Shown one piece after another: positions 1 to 27,348 of a DNA stretch of 64,000 bases. The translations under genes and the position numbers were made by a program. The notes beneath the pieces are model-generated. The model did no database searches. It had not been told where the DNA came from and worked only from the letters and a program-made list of their open reading frames with translations. Where the stretch lies: the NCBI RefSeq assembly GCF_964355755.1, contig NC_092677.1, positions 16,948,101-17,012,100 of the forward strand, given 5' to 3'. Every line of letters starts with the position of its first letter. Position 1 is the stretch's first letter. Source of the stretch: Antedon mediterranea (lineage: Eukaryota; Animalia; Echinodermata).

Positions 1-15860
<15,860 letters not shown>

Positions 15861-15904
15861 CTGAAAGAAAAAACATTAACTTTATGGATAAATTTGAACA
15901 ATAT

Positions 15905-16250
15905 GTCTCATTCAAAAAGGCAGTGGCTATCAAAGATGATCAATTTCATCCGGCCTCTAGTATGTTCCAGTTGATGCGCAAAAGTTGGCGATTTCATCCT
16001 TTTAGGCCAATAAGGCACGATTTACAAATAGTTTCTTTCCAGGAGCTATTAGAGCCTTAAACATCTTGTAGACACTTTTTGTAATGTTTTTGTTTTTAGT
16101 TTGTGTTGTGTCCGTTGGATATTGTGCTCCGCCAACAGAGCAAACAGAATTTCTATGTTTTTTTTTAAGTTGAAACAAATGACAATAAATGATACTTGAC
16201 TTGCTATTCAAAGAGGCCTTATCGCCATTCACCGCAATAAACCATCTTTA
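15905..16250 (+). mobile_element. 3' fragment of a Rex1/Babar-like LINE
   Basis: Frameshifted peptide IKDDQFHPASSMFQLM...RFTNSFFPGAIRALN resembles the Rex/Babar ORF2 C-terminus (DxxHPxxxLF...RxxNSFFPxAIRLLN); AATAAA near 16236. Confidence 0.7.
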
Positions 16251-17579
16251 TATTGTGGTTTGAGAGAATCCAAAAAATTAAAATTGTTATGACTTTTATT
16301 TGTGTATTAACCATCTTTTGTTTTAATATTTTGTTTGTAACACTTTATATGGCTAATTGTTTATACCTCATTTGCATACTTTTCATAGTTGTGGAATGCT
16401 TGTGGAATTATTGTCATTTACAAAATCAAATGTAATATATTTTTATTTATAAAAATGACAGTTATTAAAATTGAACTACAAAATATGAATGCATCGATCT
16501 AACACCATTCGATACATTTTCATTCATTCATCTTCACATATTATTTTTATTAAATTGACCTTAGTTTTTTAAGTGAAAATAAGTCGGTACTTAAATCATC
16601 CAATAAATAATCAATCGTGAAAGAAACTAGACAATATCATGCATAGTTTACTAAGGCGATGGGTTGTCAAGCAATGGCTTAAGACGTTTCTTTTATCAGA
16701 CCTGTTGACATGGTAAATAGTAATCTGAGTCTCTACATATATTGTAGAAAACAATCTTTTGTTCAAATTGTTGACTCGGTAAATAGTCTCAAAGTCCCAG
16801 ACACACAAGCTTGTTGAATGTTGACTTAGAGAAGCAAGTGCATAGCAACAATACATAGCAACGAATGTTGATGAACATTAGATCTAACTTATTAACTATG
16901 AGACTAGATGATCATTTTGCTTCTCATTTGCAAAAAAAATGCATCCATAATATCAAAAGTATCGGAATTGTACTGGAAATGTTTTAAACTATTTGAAAAT
17001 CGTTCTGGGGTGGGGGATGGATATATTTACTAGTGAATAATAATTGTATTAATATTGTGCAAACCAGCAGGATAGAATTATTTTACTCATTGAATACAAA
17101 TTTGTATTTTAACAAGAAGAAATATTAAACATTTAATTTATTAAATACTTAATCTTAAAATTATTAATATAAATTATTACAATGTAAAATTTAAAAAGCC
17201 ACCCTATATCTCTATGCTTTGAAGGTCGGTATAATTTTATAAAGTAAGATAAGTTTAAAATTCACATTTAAGTTATTTTTTTAATAAAATAACTGAAGAA
17301 TATTGCTACTATATAACAATCCAAAAAGTGGATGATAAATATTAGCAAACGAAAAGACAGTGATTCTCTGAATGGAAGAATGCAACACTGATTGGTCCTC
17401 TGTATCTGCCTCCGCCAACAATTACACCCTAATAGCATGTTTGTTGAAAGTACTAAAAACAGAACAAAGTCAAATATTTTGCTGTGAATGGTATACAAGA
17501 AAGATACAATATATCAATACACGCTATTGTGTTAAAACTGAAATCGCCACGGTTGGTAAACTCATTGTATCTAATGATA

Positions 17580-17656
17580 GTTGCTATGGTAATAACTAAA
17601 GCTAAAGCTATAATTATTATTATGTAAACACAATATCATTTTGTTGCTATGGTAAA
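17580..17656. promoter_or_regulatory. Two RFX X-box-like motifs flanking a forkhead site
   Basis: GTTGCTATGGTAAT (17580-17593), GTAAACA (17624-17630), GTTGCTATGGTAAA (17643-17656), upstream of the common dynein exon. Confidence 0.5.
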
Positions 17657-18196
17657 TGTTCAAACAATATGGAAATGAATTTACATGAACATTCACAAAG
17701 CTATCAATGTAATTAACATACTTTGTTGGAGATAATGAACCATGGAGAAAAATTAATATTTTTATTTGGTACTTATTGAGGCAATTTTTTTAAGATATTC
17801 TCTGTACTAATCATTATTTTATTCCCTTTCACCTATATGCTGTTATTGGATACAAGTATCTCAATCACTTTTATGAAAATATTACCTATTTTTTGCTTAA
17901 CCAGAGTTGCTTATTTATTAAAATTTATGTTATTAGATTTATAGTACAGTATACAGTATCTACAGTATAAAATAATATAAATGTTACAAAAATAGGGTTC
18001 AGAAGGTCTGAGCTTATGTCATGGTTTGGCCTATACTTACAAACATTTAGCATAGAAATTAAACCAAATTTTGTAGGGGCTTAGTCTATACCCCAGGGGC
18101 TTATACTCAAGAGATCTAAATAAACTGGAAAAAATTGACAATCCAAAAAAGTAATGAAAACAAATAATAATGGTTAATAGCTTGTTCTCTTATTAC

Positions 18197-18313
18197 TTGA
18201 TGTTTCTTGATATCCCTGCTGTGTAAAATCACAAGTGGAGATGCAGCTCCACTGCCTTCCACAAGACGGCTTTCGCGTTTGACAAAACTTCCTCCTCCTC
18301 TTCCTAAAGACAT
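18197..18313 (-). CDS. Candidate alternative first coding exon of the dynein gene (MSLGRGGGSFVKRESRLVEGSGAASPLVILHSRDIKKHQ)
   Basis: ACC-ATG context, in-frame stop upstream, 39 codons ending CAA|GTAATA (phase 0), compatible with the phase-0 acceptor at 15860. Confidence 0.55.
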
Positions 18314-19249
18314 GGTGCTTCTGTCAGCTATCTGATGGCCGTGATGATGGCAATCGATTTACTGTATAGTAAATTTCAGTCTGAGTTCTACAGTAGTTTG
18401 TGTTCTGGTTGCTTTAGCCTTTAAGTCTTTTTCCTTAAATTAATAATCCTTTTATCTACCGTAAAAACGCTATTCTTGTAAAATGCACCTATTTTTTGGC
18501 CCAAGCATCATCCACTAATTATTGTAATATTAACCACTAACGTAAAAAAATATCAACCATTAATGTAACATTAATCACTAACAATACATAAGAAAATCAC
18601 CTAATAAAGAACAATAAAGAACTAAACCACTAATGTAACAAACTTTTAAACCACTAACATCAGTGGGTGATACAGCCCTTGGCTCTCTCTCATCCTGCCT
18701 TGTAACTACCTGTAGCTACAGTATGTGATATTGTGATTAATAATAAAAAACCGTACCTTAACACCTATAACACGTTTAACCTTTTTCATAAAAACTCTCT
18801 GCATCTTTGAAGAGTCTTCCTTGCTTAAAATCTACTCATCAACTAAACACATCTAGCGAAAGTAGTTACTACTAAAGTCATAATTACCTCTAAATCTATG
18901 CCCTGTACCTTGAATACCATTTTTTTGAACAAAGAACGTTTCATTTTCAGACAGATTTGATTAAAATTGATGTTTTAAATTGTTGTTCAGTCTATGCATA
19001 CAAGAAAGTATGAATACATGAGCATTTGTCACCAAGCGACAGTTTCTACTCAAAAATGGAAGAATTGACTTGTTCTATTCAGTCTGTTGTTAATGGGATT
19101 GTTGGTATGGATATTTACAGCTCTTAAAAACCAATCAAGACATTTATTATAATATAGGAAGTCAATCATCCATTTTTCTAATGTAAATTTGTAAAAGAAC
19201 ATTAATATTCATTGGATATACCTTCTTGTGTCATACAAAATAAAAAGCA

Positions 19250-19460
19250 TTGAATTCGTTCCGCCATACCACGCCAAGAGAGTTAAAGCACAAGTGGGCT
19301 AATGGAAGGTGACACCTGCACATCAAGCAGAAGGTTCTGGGTTCAAATCTTGGTTGGGTGGATTTTTCTCATTCTCACATATTTCCTCATCTTTGTCATT
19401 TCAAATTTAATGAATTAATATTCAGTATACTGTATCACCGAACGGTTCAGAATTTATTCT
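19250..19460 (+). mobile_element. tRNA-derived (Pol III-type) dispersed repeat, degenerate copy
   Basis: A-box-like GGGCTAATGG and B-box GGTTCAAATC; reverse complement aligns with 62614-62780. Confidence 0.6.
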
Positions 19461-20041
19461 GTGCTTGTTGATTAATATTAAGGGAATGAACCCATGCCTA
19501 AAACTTGCTTGAATTACCATAATGCAAGTTCTATAGTAGTCTGTACTAAGTCTACAAATATAGATACCAACCATCATCAAAGAAATTTTGAAGAAACACA
19601 CAAATTCCAAGAAAATTACTTAATTTAATTATAAGTAATGTACCGTTAACAAAATAATCAGGCATAAACTTAGTTATTGTGGGAAATATTGGGAAATATT
19701 TCAGATTGGTAACTTTGGGTAGGCCTAACTGCAACTTCACCTAGCACTGAGGCTACCATCTTTCTACTACCCAGTTATTGTTGTTAGCTTACAACTACAG
19801 TAGTCTAATCTATCAAACCTGATACAAGAAATTTCCTTTCAAAAAGTTACTTCTAATTGCTAAACACCAATCAAACTTTTAAAGAATATACTATATAATT
19901 CTAAAGTAACAAACTGTTTTAGCAGAACTCAGCTGAAATTCACAGAAATCAAAAACAGCAGTGAAAAGTACTGTATTCTATTGACTACCTCAATGACGAT
20001 AACAAGATAGCTTTTTATAAATTTTCAGCCCAAAATCTCAC

Positions 20042-20067
20042 TGTTTACAAGCGGTGTCAAGGACAAC
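20042..20067. promoter_or_regulatory. Forkhead site plus X-box-like motif
   Basis: TGTTTAC (20042-20048) then GTGTCAAGGACAAC (20054-20067); a minus-strand donor GAG|GTAGTC lies near 19989. Confidence 0.4.
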
Positions 20068-20357
20068 CTGATAATTGTGCCAAATATGGTCATGTTATTA
20101 TTGTATTATTACCTGCTGACACTGTGACAATGTGATTTATAGTATTGATAGTGTTATTTTTGTACTGTACTGTACTTCTATTGTGAGTACAGTACTGTAC
20201 ATAAAAAACAAACTTGTCATAATACTATTGCAATTATGCAATAATGATAATTTATTTGTAAAATTAAATTAGAGGCACTCAGTAGGTCTCTTCTAATAAA
20301 TATTCTATAAAACATTTTGGTTTTAAACATCCTTATTTGGATTTTATGAAAACTTAA

Positions 20358-21096
20358 TTTGAATAAACACCCTGGGGCATTATTTATTTTTAGGCGGAGG
20401 GGTATGGAACGCCGTTTACGCAACATTTCAATGATATGAATGTTATGACGCGATATGTGAATGAAATGCATCGATATGAATTGAATGGCGCGATATATGA
20501 ATGAAATGTTTTGAATTGAATGCTTTGAATTGAATGTTTTGAATGAAATGTTTTGAATGAAATGCTTTGAATGAAATGTTTTGAATAAATTTTTTGAATG
20601 CAATGTTTTGAATGAAATGTTTTGAATGAAATGTTTTGAATTAAATGTTTTAAATGAAATGTTTTGAATGAAATTCAAAGCATTCAATTCAAAACATTTC
20701 ATTCATATATCGCGCCATTCAATTCATATCGATGCATTTCATTCACATATTGCGTCATAAAATTCATATCATCAAAATGTTGCGTAAACGGCGTTCCATA
20801 GAAGGGCGTTTATTTTAGGAAGGGCGTTGATTTGAGGCAGGAGTTTATTTTTTTAAATATTATAAGTAAGATAATAAAATAAATTCTCCCTAATATGAAC
20901 AAACAAAATAAATAACAAGAAGTGATGAAATACAGTAAAAAATGCTTGGTCAATTATAGATCATGGAAGTCAATGAATTCTATAATAGAAATGTGTAATA
21001 ACAAAATATTACGTATAATGCATGTGGAGGGGCATTTATTCGGGTGGGGGAGAGGCGTTTATTCAAAGTGGGGGTGTTTATTTGAATAAATACGGT
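20358..21096. mobile_element. Tc1/pogo-like MITE interrupted by a foldback element
   Basis: Repeated GGGCGTTTATT motifs; right end GAATAAATACGG; left part GAATAAACACCCTGGGGCATTATT. Confidence 0.5.
20403..20800. mobile_element. Foldback non-autonomous element with TIRs of over 100 bp and an internal 14-bp minisatellite
   Basis: Ends TATGGAACGCCGTTTACGCAACATTT ... AAATGTTGCGTAAACGGCGTTCCATA; interior (GAATGAAATGTTTT)n. Confidence 0.85.
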
Positions 21097-21155
21097 TATT
21101 ACGGTTCCACCAAACATATATAATGTTTTTACAAATTTCTTGTTAAAATATGTAA

Positions 21156-21743
21156 AAACTAGAGGGTACTCCGAGAGCACAAACCTCCGCCTACTATAAA
21201 ATTCCCCTACATAAAATTCCCCCCGAAAATGGTTTTTTTTTACATTTTTTTTATTAGTTCTAAAGTGTAAATAGGCTAACTGCAAACTACAAAGTTGTGG
21301 ATGAGAGTGTGGTGTAATGGTTATGTATCCAGCCTCTCACAGTTGAGATCGCTGGTTCGAGTCCCGCTGAGGTTTTTTTTTTATATTATTTTTTTATTTC
21401 TTTTTTTTTGTTTTGTGGACCTTATTCTTTGACCCTAACCCTTCAAAATTTAACCACAATTATATGATGTGTCATTGATCATTGTGGCTAAGTTTGGTGA
21501 GAATCGGATAAAAACTGTGGTCTCTAGGCAGTAAAATAGTTTTTTGTTAGTTGTGACCTTGACCTAAGACCTTTTCCCCTCAAATTCGAACTCGTCCGAG
21601 CTTTTGGGGCATAGATCATTGTTGCCAAATTTGGTGAGAATCGGATAAAAACTGTGGCCTACAGGCTGTTCACAGACACACACACAAACACACACACACA
21701 TACAGGGGTGGTGAAAACATAACCTCCTTGGCGGAGGTAAAAA
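21156..21743. mobile_element. Helentron-associated non-autonomous element (DINE-1/HINE-like)
   Basis: Subterminal inverted repeat AACCTCCGCC / GGCGGAGGT, terminal hairpin AACCTCCTTGGCGGAGGT, (CA)n tract, TGACCTTGACCT core repeats, A/T-run flanks. Confidence 0.7.
21303..21375 (+). pseudogene. tRNA-Glu(CTC)-like pseudogene or SINE head inside the Helentron-type element
   Basis: A box TGGTGTAATGG (21310-21320), loop CTCTCAC, B box GGTTCGAGTCC (21354-21364), then an oligo-T run; acceptor stem does not pair. Confidence 0.6.
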
Positions 21744-22133
21744 TGTTTTTAAAAACTTAAGGGCTGTTTGGAGAGTTAAACCAGGAAGTTGTTTACAACT
21801 CCCTGGTTAAACTTTGTATTAATTTTGTAAACAAAATTAGTGGTCTTCAAATCAAATAGATTAAAAACTGACAATAGTTTACAATTAGCTTCAAACACAT
21901 TTAACAATTCATTACAGCCAACTCATTTTTTGTAAACAAAATGACAAGGTCTTCTGGTTCTTCAAATAACAAAAGGTCTTCCACAGGGGGCAAGTGGAGT
22001 GTCCTATTATCAGGCAATAAACAAAGATCAATTGTTCTTCAGCAAATAGCTTAGGGTTTGATTACATAGTAAAGTTGTTTGAAAACTAATAGGACATGAC
22101 TGTAGGGAGTTTTCTTCCAAACTACAGCAAATC

Positions 22134-23710
22134 ACCGGGTGTCTCGAAAACAGAGACCTCGAAAACAGAGACCAGAGACCCGAGACCCAGGATCTCTGTT
22201 TTCGAGAAAATCTCGAAAACAGAGACCCCCACTAAAACGTCTCAATATTACGTAATATAGGGGGTCTCTGTTTTCGAGTTCTCGAAAACAGAGACCCCCA
22301 CTAAAACGTCTCAATATTAAGTCAATATTACGTTATATAGAGGGTCTCTGTTTTCGAGAAAAACTCGAAAACAGAGATCCCCACTAAAACGTCTCAATAT
22401 TACATTATATAGGAGGTCTCTGTTTTCGAGAAAAACTCGAAAACAGAGACCCCCCACTAAAACGTCTCAATATTAAGTCAATATTACGTTATATAGGGGG
22501 TCTCTGTTTTCAAGAAAAACTCGAAAACAGAGACCCCCACTAAAACGTCTCAATATTACGTCAATATTACGTTATATAGGGGGTCCCCACTAAAACGTCT
22601 CAAAATCACAGAATGACGTATCAGTAATAAACGGTAACTGATATGCCGATCAAAGAACATGCCGCAACGATAAGAAGAGATTGATGAATTCTTGAACGCG
22701 TGTGAAAAGACTGTCATTTTGGAATACAAGGTCGACGTCCTAGAAGTAAGATGTATAAATGCATGCTGTGCCTTTTAGAAGCTAAAAGCGGGAGATTATT
22801 TCAAAAGCTGACACTAGTTTCGTAACATTTATTTACAAGCATAAAAGATAATAACGTACAATGCAATAACAAAATGATATGAGGTCAGACTTTGAGGCAG
22901 ACTGGAGGATGAAGACAAATATATTGTGTTGGGCGAGCCTTAAAAAATAAATGAATTTTTAAAAAATAAATAAATTGATAAATAAATAAACATAAATTCA
23001 CGGTTTTTGCGATAAAAGTTGGGTTTTAATAATTTATGACGAAGCTCGTTGGTGGGTATTTGCAACACTCTTAATAAACAGGGATTATATTAGGGGGTCT
23101 CGGGAAATCTCGAAAAAAGAGACCCCCAATATAATGAGACGTTTTAGTGGGGGTCTCTGTTTTCGAGATTTTCTAGAAAACAGAGACCCCCTATATAACG
23201 TAATATTGACTTAATATTGAGACGTTTTAGTGGGGGTCTCTGTTTTCGAGAAAAACTCGAAAAGGAGACCCCCCTATATAATGTAATATTAAAACGTTTT
23301 AGTGGGGTCTCTGTTTTCGAGAAAAACTCGAAAACAGAGACCCCCTATATAATGTAATATTAAAACGTTTTAGTGGGGTCTCTGTTTTCGAGAAAAACTC
23401 GAAAACAGAGACCCCCTATATTACGTAATGTTGAGACGTTTTAGTGAGGGTCTGTTTTCGAGAAAAACTCGAAAACAGAGACCCCCTATATAATGTAATA
23501 TTGAGACGTTTTAGTGGGGTCTCTGTTTTCGAGAAAAACTCGAAAACAGAGACCCCCTATATAATGTAATATTAAAACGTTTTAGTGGTGGGGTCTCTGT
23601 TTTCGAGAAAAACTCGAAAACAGAGACCCCCTATATTACGTAATATTGAGACGTTTTAGTGGGGGTCTCTGTTTTCGAGAAAAACTCGAAAACAGAGACC
23701 CCCTATATAA
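22134..23710. mobile_element. Foldback-type element: two mutually inverted arrays of ~70-bp hairpin-containing units around a ~480-bp unique core
   Basis: Unit = GGGGTCTCTGTTTTCGAG-AAAAA-CTCGAAAACAGAGACCCC plus a ~30-bp linker. The left-array linker (22134-22605) CACTAAAACGTCTCAATATTACG is the reverse complement of the right-array linker (23092-23710). Confidence 0.85.
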
Positions 23711-23899
23711 CCCAAATCATCCATGGTTGGGCCTATGCTTGGGCCTATGCTTTTGGCCTATGGTGGTGTAACCCAACATTTCTCTTACCCTGGATATTTT
23801 TTTTATCTGTGATACTGTAAGCTACTGTATACTGGCAACAACAAGTTTTAAAAAAAGAGAATTTAAAATAAAATATTCAAAGTACATCTTTTCTAGCAC

Positions 23900-24085
23900 T
23901 TTGTAAACAGAACTGTAATGCGTCCGTATATGTTTTATGTTTATGCTTAGGACTACAAAGACAAGCCACTTTGGCTTCTGTGTATCTTAACCCATAAACT
24001 ATGTATCTACGTATCTTTATTGTCAATGTAATTATTGTATACATTTGAGTGGAGTAATAAAATGAACGAATGTTAAAAAAAAAAA
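23900..24085 (+). mobile_element. 3' tail remnant of an L2/Crack-like LINE
   Basis: Stem-loop ACAAGCCACTTTGGCTT, AATAAA, short (AATG)-like tail and A-run. Confidence 0.35.
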
Positions 24086-24424
24086 CTACAGTTGTAGCAA
24101 AAATATTTGATGATTTGGACTGATAAGGAATAATAAAAAGTTTAAAAGCTATCTTTTCAAAGATACAGTAATTTTTTAAACCAGGATAGAATTCTCTTTC
24201 TCACTCCTGAGAACGATTTTTTCAGAACTATATATGTGGTGTACTGCAAATTTTATATCAATGATAGAATAATTGTTTTTATTAAGCCTCGCCAACAATA
24301 TACTGTTGTCCTGTATGACATTTTAATTCATAGAAATTGCAAATAATTCAGTATAATTAGGTTGAAATTTGAACATAAAGACTTGGACAACTAAGAACTT
24401 TAAAGTTAAATTAATTTTACTTAC

Positions 24425-24508
24425 TTTATTTTCATTCTCTAATCGTGATTTACCAGTAATAGTAGGTACAGTTGGTACCACAACCTTTGCTTCGGCCACT
24501 GCACTCAT
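24425..24508 (-). CDS. Candidate alternative first coding exon of the dynein gene (MSAVAEAKVVVPTVPTITGKSRLENENK)
   Basis: 28 codons ending AAA|GTAAGT (phase 0); near-perfect X-box about 220 bp upstream. Confidence 0.65.
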
Positions 24509-24729
24509 CCTAGCTGTCCATTGAAATGCCTATATCATTCAACTTTTAAGTCATCGTAACTGAGTATATTAATAATTCATCGTTTGAAGTGATCATAAGC
24601 ATGGACTTAAAGTAGACTGATTGATATTGGAGGATACAAAGTACTTTAGTATCAATTTCTAGCTTGCTAAGGTAAATTGTAAAATGATCCGCTAATTCAT
24701 TACACATCTCCATAACCTAACTTGGCTCA

Positions 24730-24743
24730 GTTGCCATGCCAAC
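24730..24743. promoter_or_regulatory. RFX X-box
   Basis: GTTGCCATGCCAAC, one mismatch to the palindromic consensus GTTGCCATGGCAAC, upstream of a ciliary dynein exon. Confidence 0.7.
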
Positions 24744-25671
24744 ATTTAAATAAGGCTTGAGGTTTGGTAATACGAACACATTATCAAACCAGTTGGCTGT
24801 AATAAAGCGGGCTCGATTTATTTTTCTCCTTGCTGACTCTAATCAGTTCGCTTGAGGGAACAAATAAGATATGACCACCTGCCTGAAGACTACAAACCTA
24901 TAAAATCTTTCGTAACTTTTACCGCGAGTTTCCTGCGTTCTATTGTAAGCAAATGTACATGTTACGGGCTACGGATATCAGGGATTGTAAGTATATTTCT
25001 GTTCATTTGTTTTGCTAATGATAGTGAACTAGTCAAGCAGAATTAATAAGCAAGTGTTCATGAATTTTTTGGTTTGTATTCATGGATCAGAGGTAAAGAA
25101 ACATAATATTATCATTTCAAAATTTATTTTGAAATAAGTTGAATAAAACAATGTAAATCATAACAATATTCAAATGCAGAAAATATAATATAGTATTTAC
25201 TTAAATTTTATATTTCAAATATAACCACATTTTCAAAAATGTATGTGTATTTTATTTGTATTTTGAGAAAGTTTATTCCACAACAAGAATAAAATACTGA
25301 ATTAAAGAAGATTCAACAAGATTCAATACTTATGGTTCATGAAGATGAATAAGTTATTATTGATAACATTGCAATCAATAATTTTGTAGAGCAAAATAGA
25401 GAATTGTGGGATAGATATTTTTAAAGTACAGTATACAACATGCAATTGACACAAAGCTGAAAAATAAATTTTGCCCAAAAGATGGCAGTATTCATGAAGA
25501 TTGGTAATACATAATACTGTATAAAAAATGGATTTTCACAATGAAATAAGTTAAAACTTTTCCAGTTAATGAATATTAATTTAAAATGTATCCAAAAAAT
25601 GGAAAAATTTAGAATGTGACATTTCTGGATTTGGGTGTTTTCCATTTCGGTATTAGAATTGATAACATTAA

Positions 25672-26296
25672 AGACCCCTTCCCTGCAATTTTGGACGTTT
25701 TTTGGAAAATAATACATATATATCACTTTAAAAACATTAAACCATGTCATTCCTTGTCTTAAATGTACGTTTTATGGTAAATTATGATAAAAAGTGAGAA
25801 ACAATGCACTACCTAAGTAGCTCACGGCGATCGGCCTCTCGTGGACGGTCTTAGGCCTAGCCTAGCTAGGCTTAGTTTTGTAGGCCTAGCTGCTAAACAT
25901 CGATAACGTACGAACATCGTACGCTAGCTATATACCTAGCCTGACGTTGTATAGTTGCTGCATTAATTGTCTTTCTATTTTTGCCAGACTCCGTTGATAC
26001 AAATTGGGGAAAACCCGGTATTTTCGCTGAAAAGTAAGAGTCTTCCATTTGTTTTCGCTTCACGATCGATCGAAAAGTGGGCGAATTACAGGTGAAAAAC
26101 AAAAATATCAATCCGCGTGCAATGCATTTTGGGATTTATAGCGGGCCGCTATAATTATTAGAATCAATTTATTTTTCACATTTTTAACCGTTTAAAGACA
26201 AAAAAAGTTATCGCAATAGGACCATATAGTATTATTTTTACATTAAATATAGTTTGTCATCTTAAATTAGATCTAAAAAACGTAGGGAATGGGGCT
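25672..26296. mobile_element. Kolobok-like MITE with TTAA TSD
   Basis: TTAA|AGACCCCTTCCCTGC ... CGTAGGGAATGGGGCT|TTAA. Confidence 0.8.
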
Positions 26297-27013
26297 TTAA
26301 ATAAGTGTTGGGAGTTTTTCTTGTTTCACAAAATTAGTATAATATTGGGACAGTTCTCTCTATTTTGGTAGAGTATAATGAGTGGCCATGATAATTAATT
26401 TAGATATGAATATTGAAAATGTTATTTTGATTGTATAAAAACAATACACGTCATACAAAAACAGATATATAGTAGATCCTACGAAAATTCAAAAGCAGCA
26501 TAAAAGTCACTATCATTAACAATGATCTTCCACCTACTATGTATACAAACTATTTACATTTTAACTGCAATAATAGTTAATACAATGACATCTAAATTAT
26601 ACTCTGAAACATATAAACTAGGGAGAGATACCCACCTCACATCCCACCCAAGGGTGGTTTTCAAATGTTGTATACAACCTTCAGTCAGACCATTTTGAAT
26701 TTTGATACCCTATGAGCATGGATGTACTGTATGAAATAGAAAAATTGTAACAAACTTTTTTATTTTAGTACACGCAAAAAATATATACAAATCACCCACT
26801 GATATAATGGACTCATCTGGATATTGTCATAGAAACAAGAAATCATACACAGACCTGTCATATAGAATAAACTATTAACTGCGTTATCATATTAAGTAAA
26901 CAGACAAAGTATGACTTTGCCTGTTTGTTGTTGATAGCAATATATTGACCCTACCATACCAAAAAAAATAGACCACTTTTAAAAAGTTAAGTTTCCTGGA
27001 TTTCCTTATTTAA

Positions 27014-27348
27014 AGACACCTTCCCTACAATTTATGACGTTTTGTAAAAATAATACATTATATTACTTTAAAAACATTAAATCATGTCATTCCTTGTCTT
27101 AAATGTACGTTTTATGGTAAATTATAATAAAAAGTGAGAAACAATGCACTACCTAAGTAGCTCGCGGCGAATGACCTCTCGTGGACGGTCTTTAGGCTTT
27201 ATAGCAGGCCACTATAATTATCGACTTATTTTTCACATTTTTACCCATTTAAAGACGAAAAAGTTATCGCAATAGGACCAATAGTATTATTTTTACATCA
27301 ATATAGTTTGTGATCTTAAATTAGATCTAAAAAACGTAGGGAAGGTGT
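27014..27348. mobile_element. Second, internally deleted copy of the same Kolobok-like MITE
   Basis: Near-identical to both ends of 25672-26296 but lacking about 290 bp of interior; right tip eroded. Confidence 0.8.

Noticed and set aside
17268-17599. ORFs beside the 17.6-kb X-boxes
   Set aside because: No phase-0 donor and no recognisable homology.
20217-20702. 161-aa ORF with KHFIQNISFKTF repeats
   Set aside because: It is the translation of the 14-bp minisatellite inside a foldback element.
21303-21375. Functional tRNA-Glu gene
   Set aside because: Acceptor and anticodon stems do not pair properly and it lies inside a transposon.
22134-23710. CRISPR-like look: palindromic repeats separated by ~30-bp spacers
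   Set aside because: The spacers are near-identical to each other, the arrays are inverted, there are no cas genes and the context is a eukaryotic intron.
26630-26730. Possible additional dynein coding exon below the 26823 X-box
   Set aside because: Acceptor and donor-like sites exist but no open phase-0 frame or usable ATG connects them.
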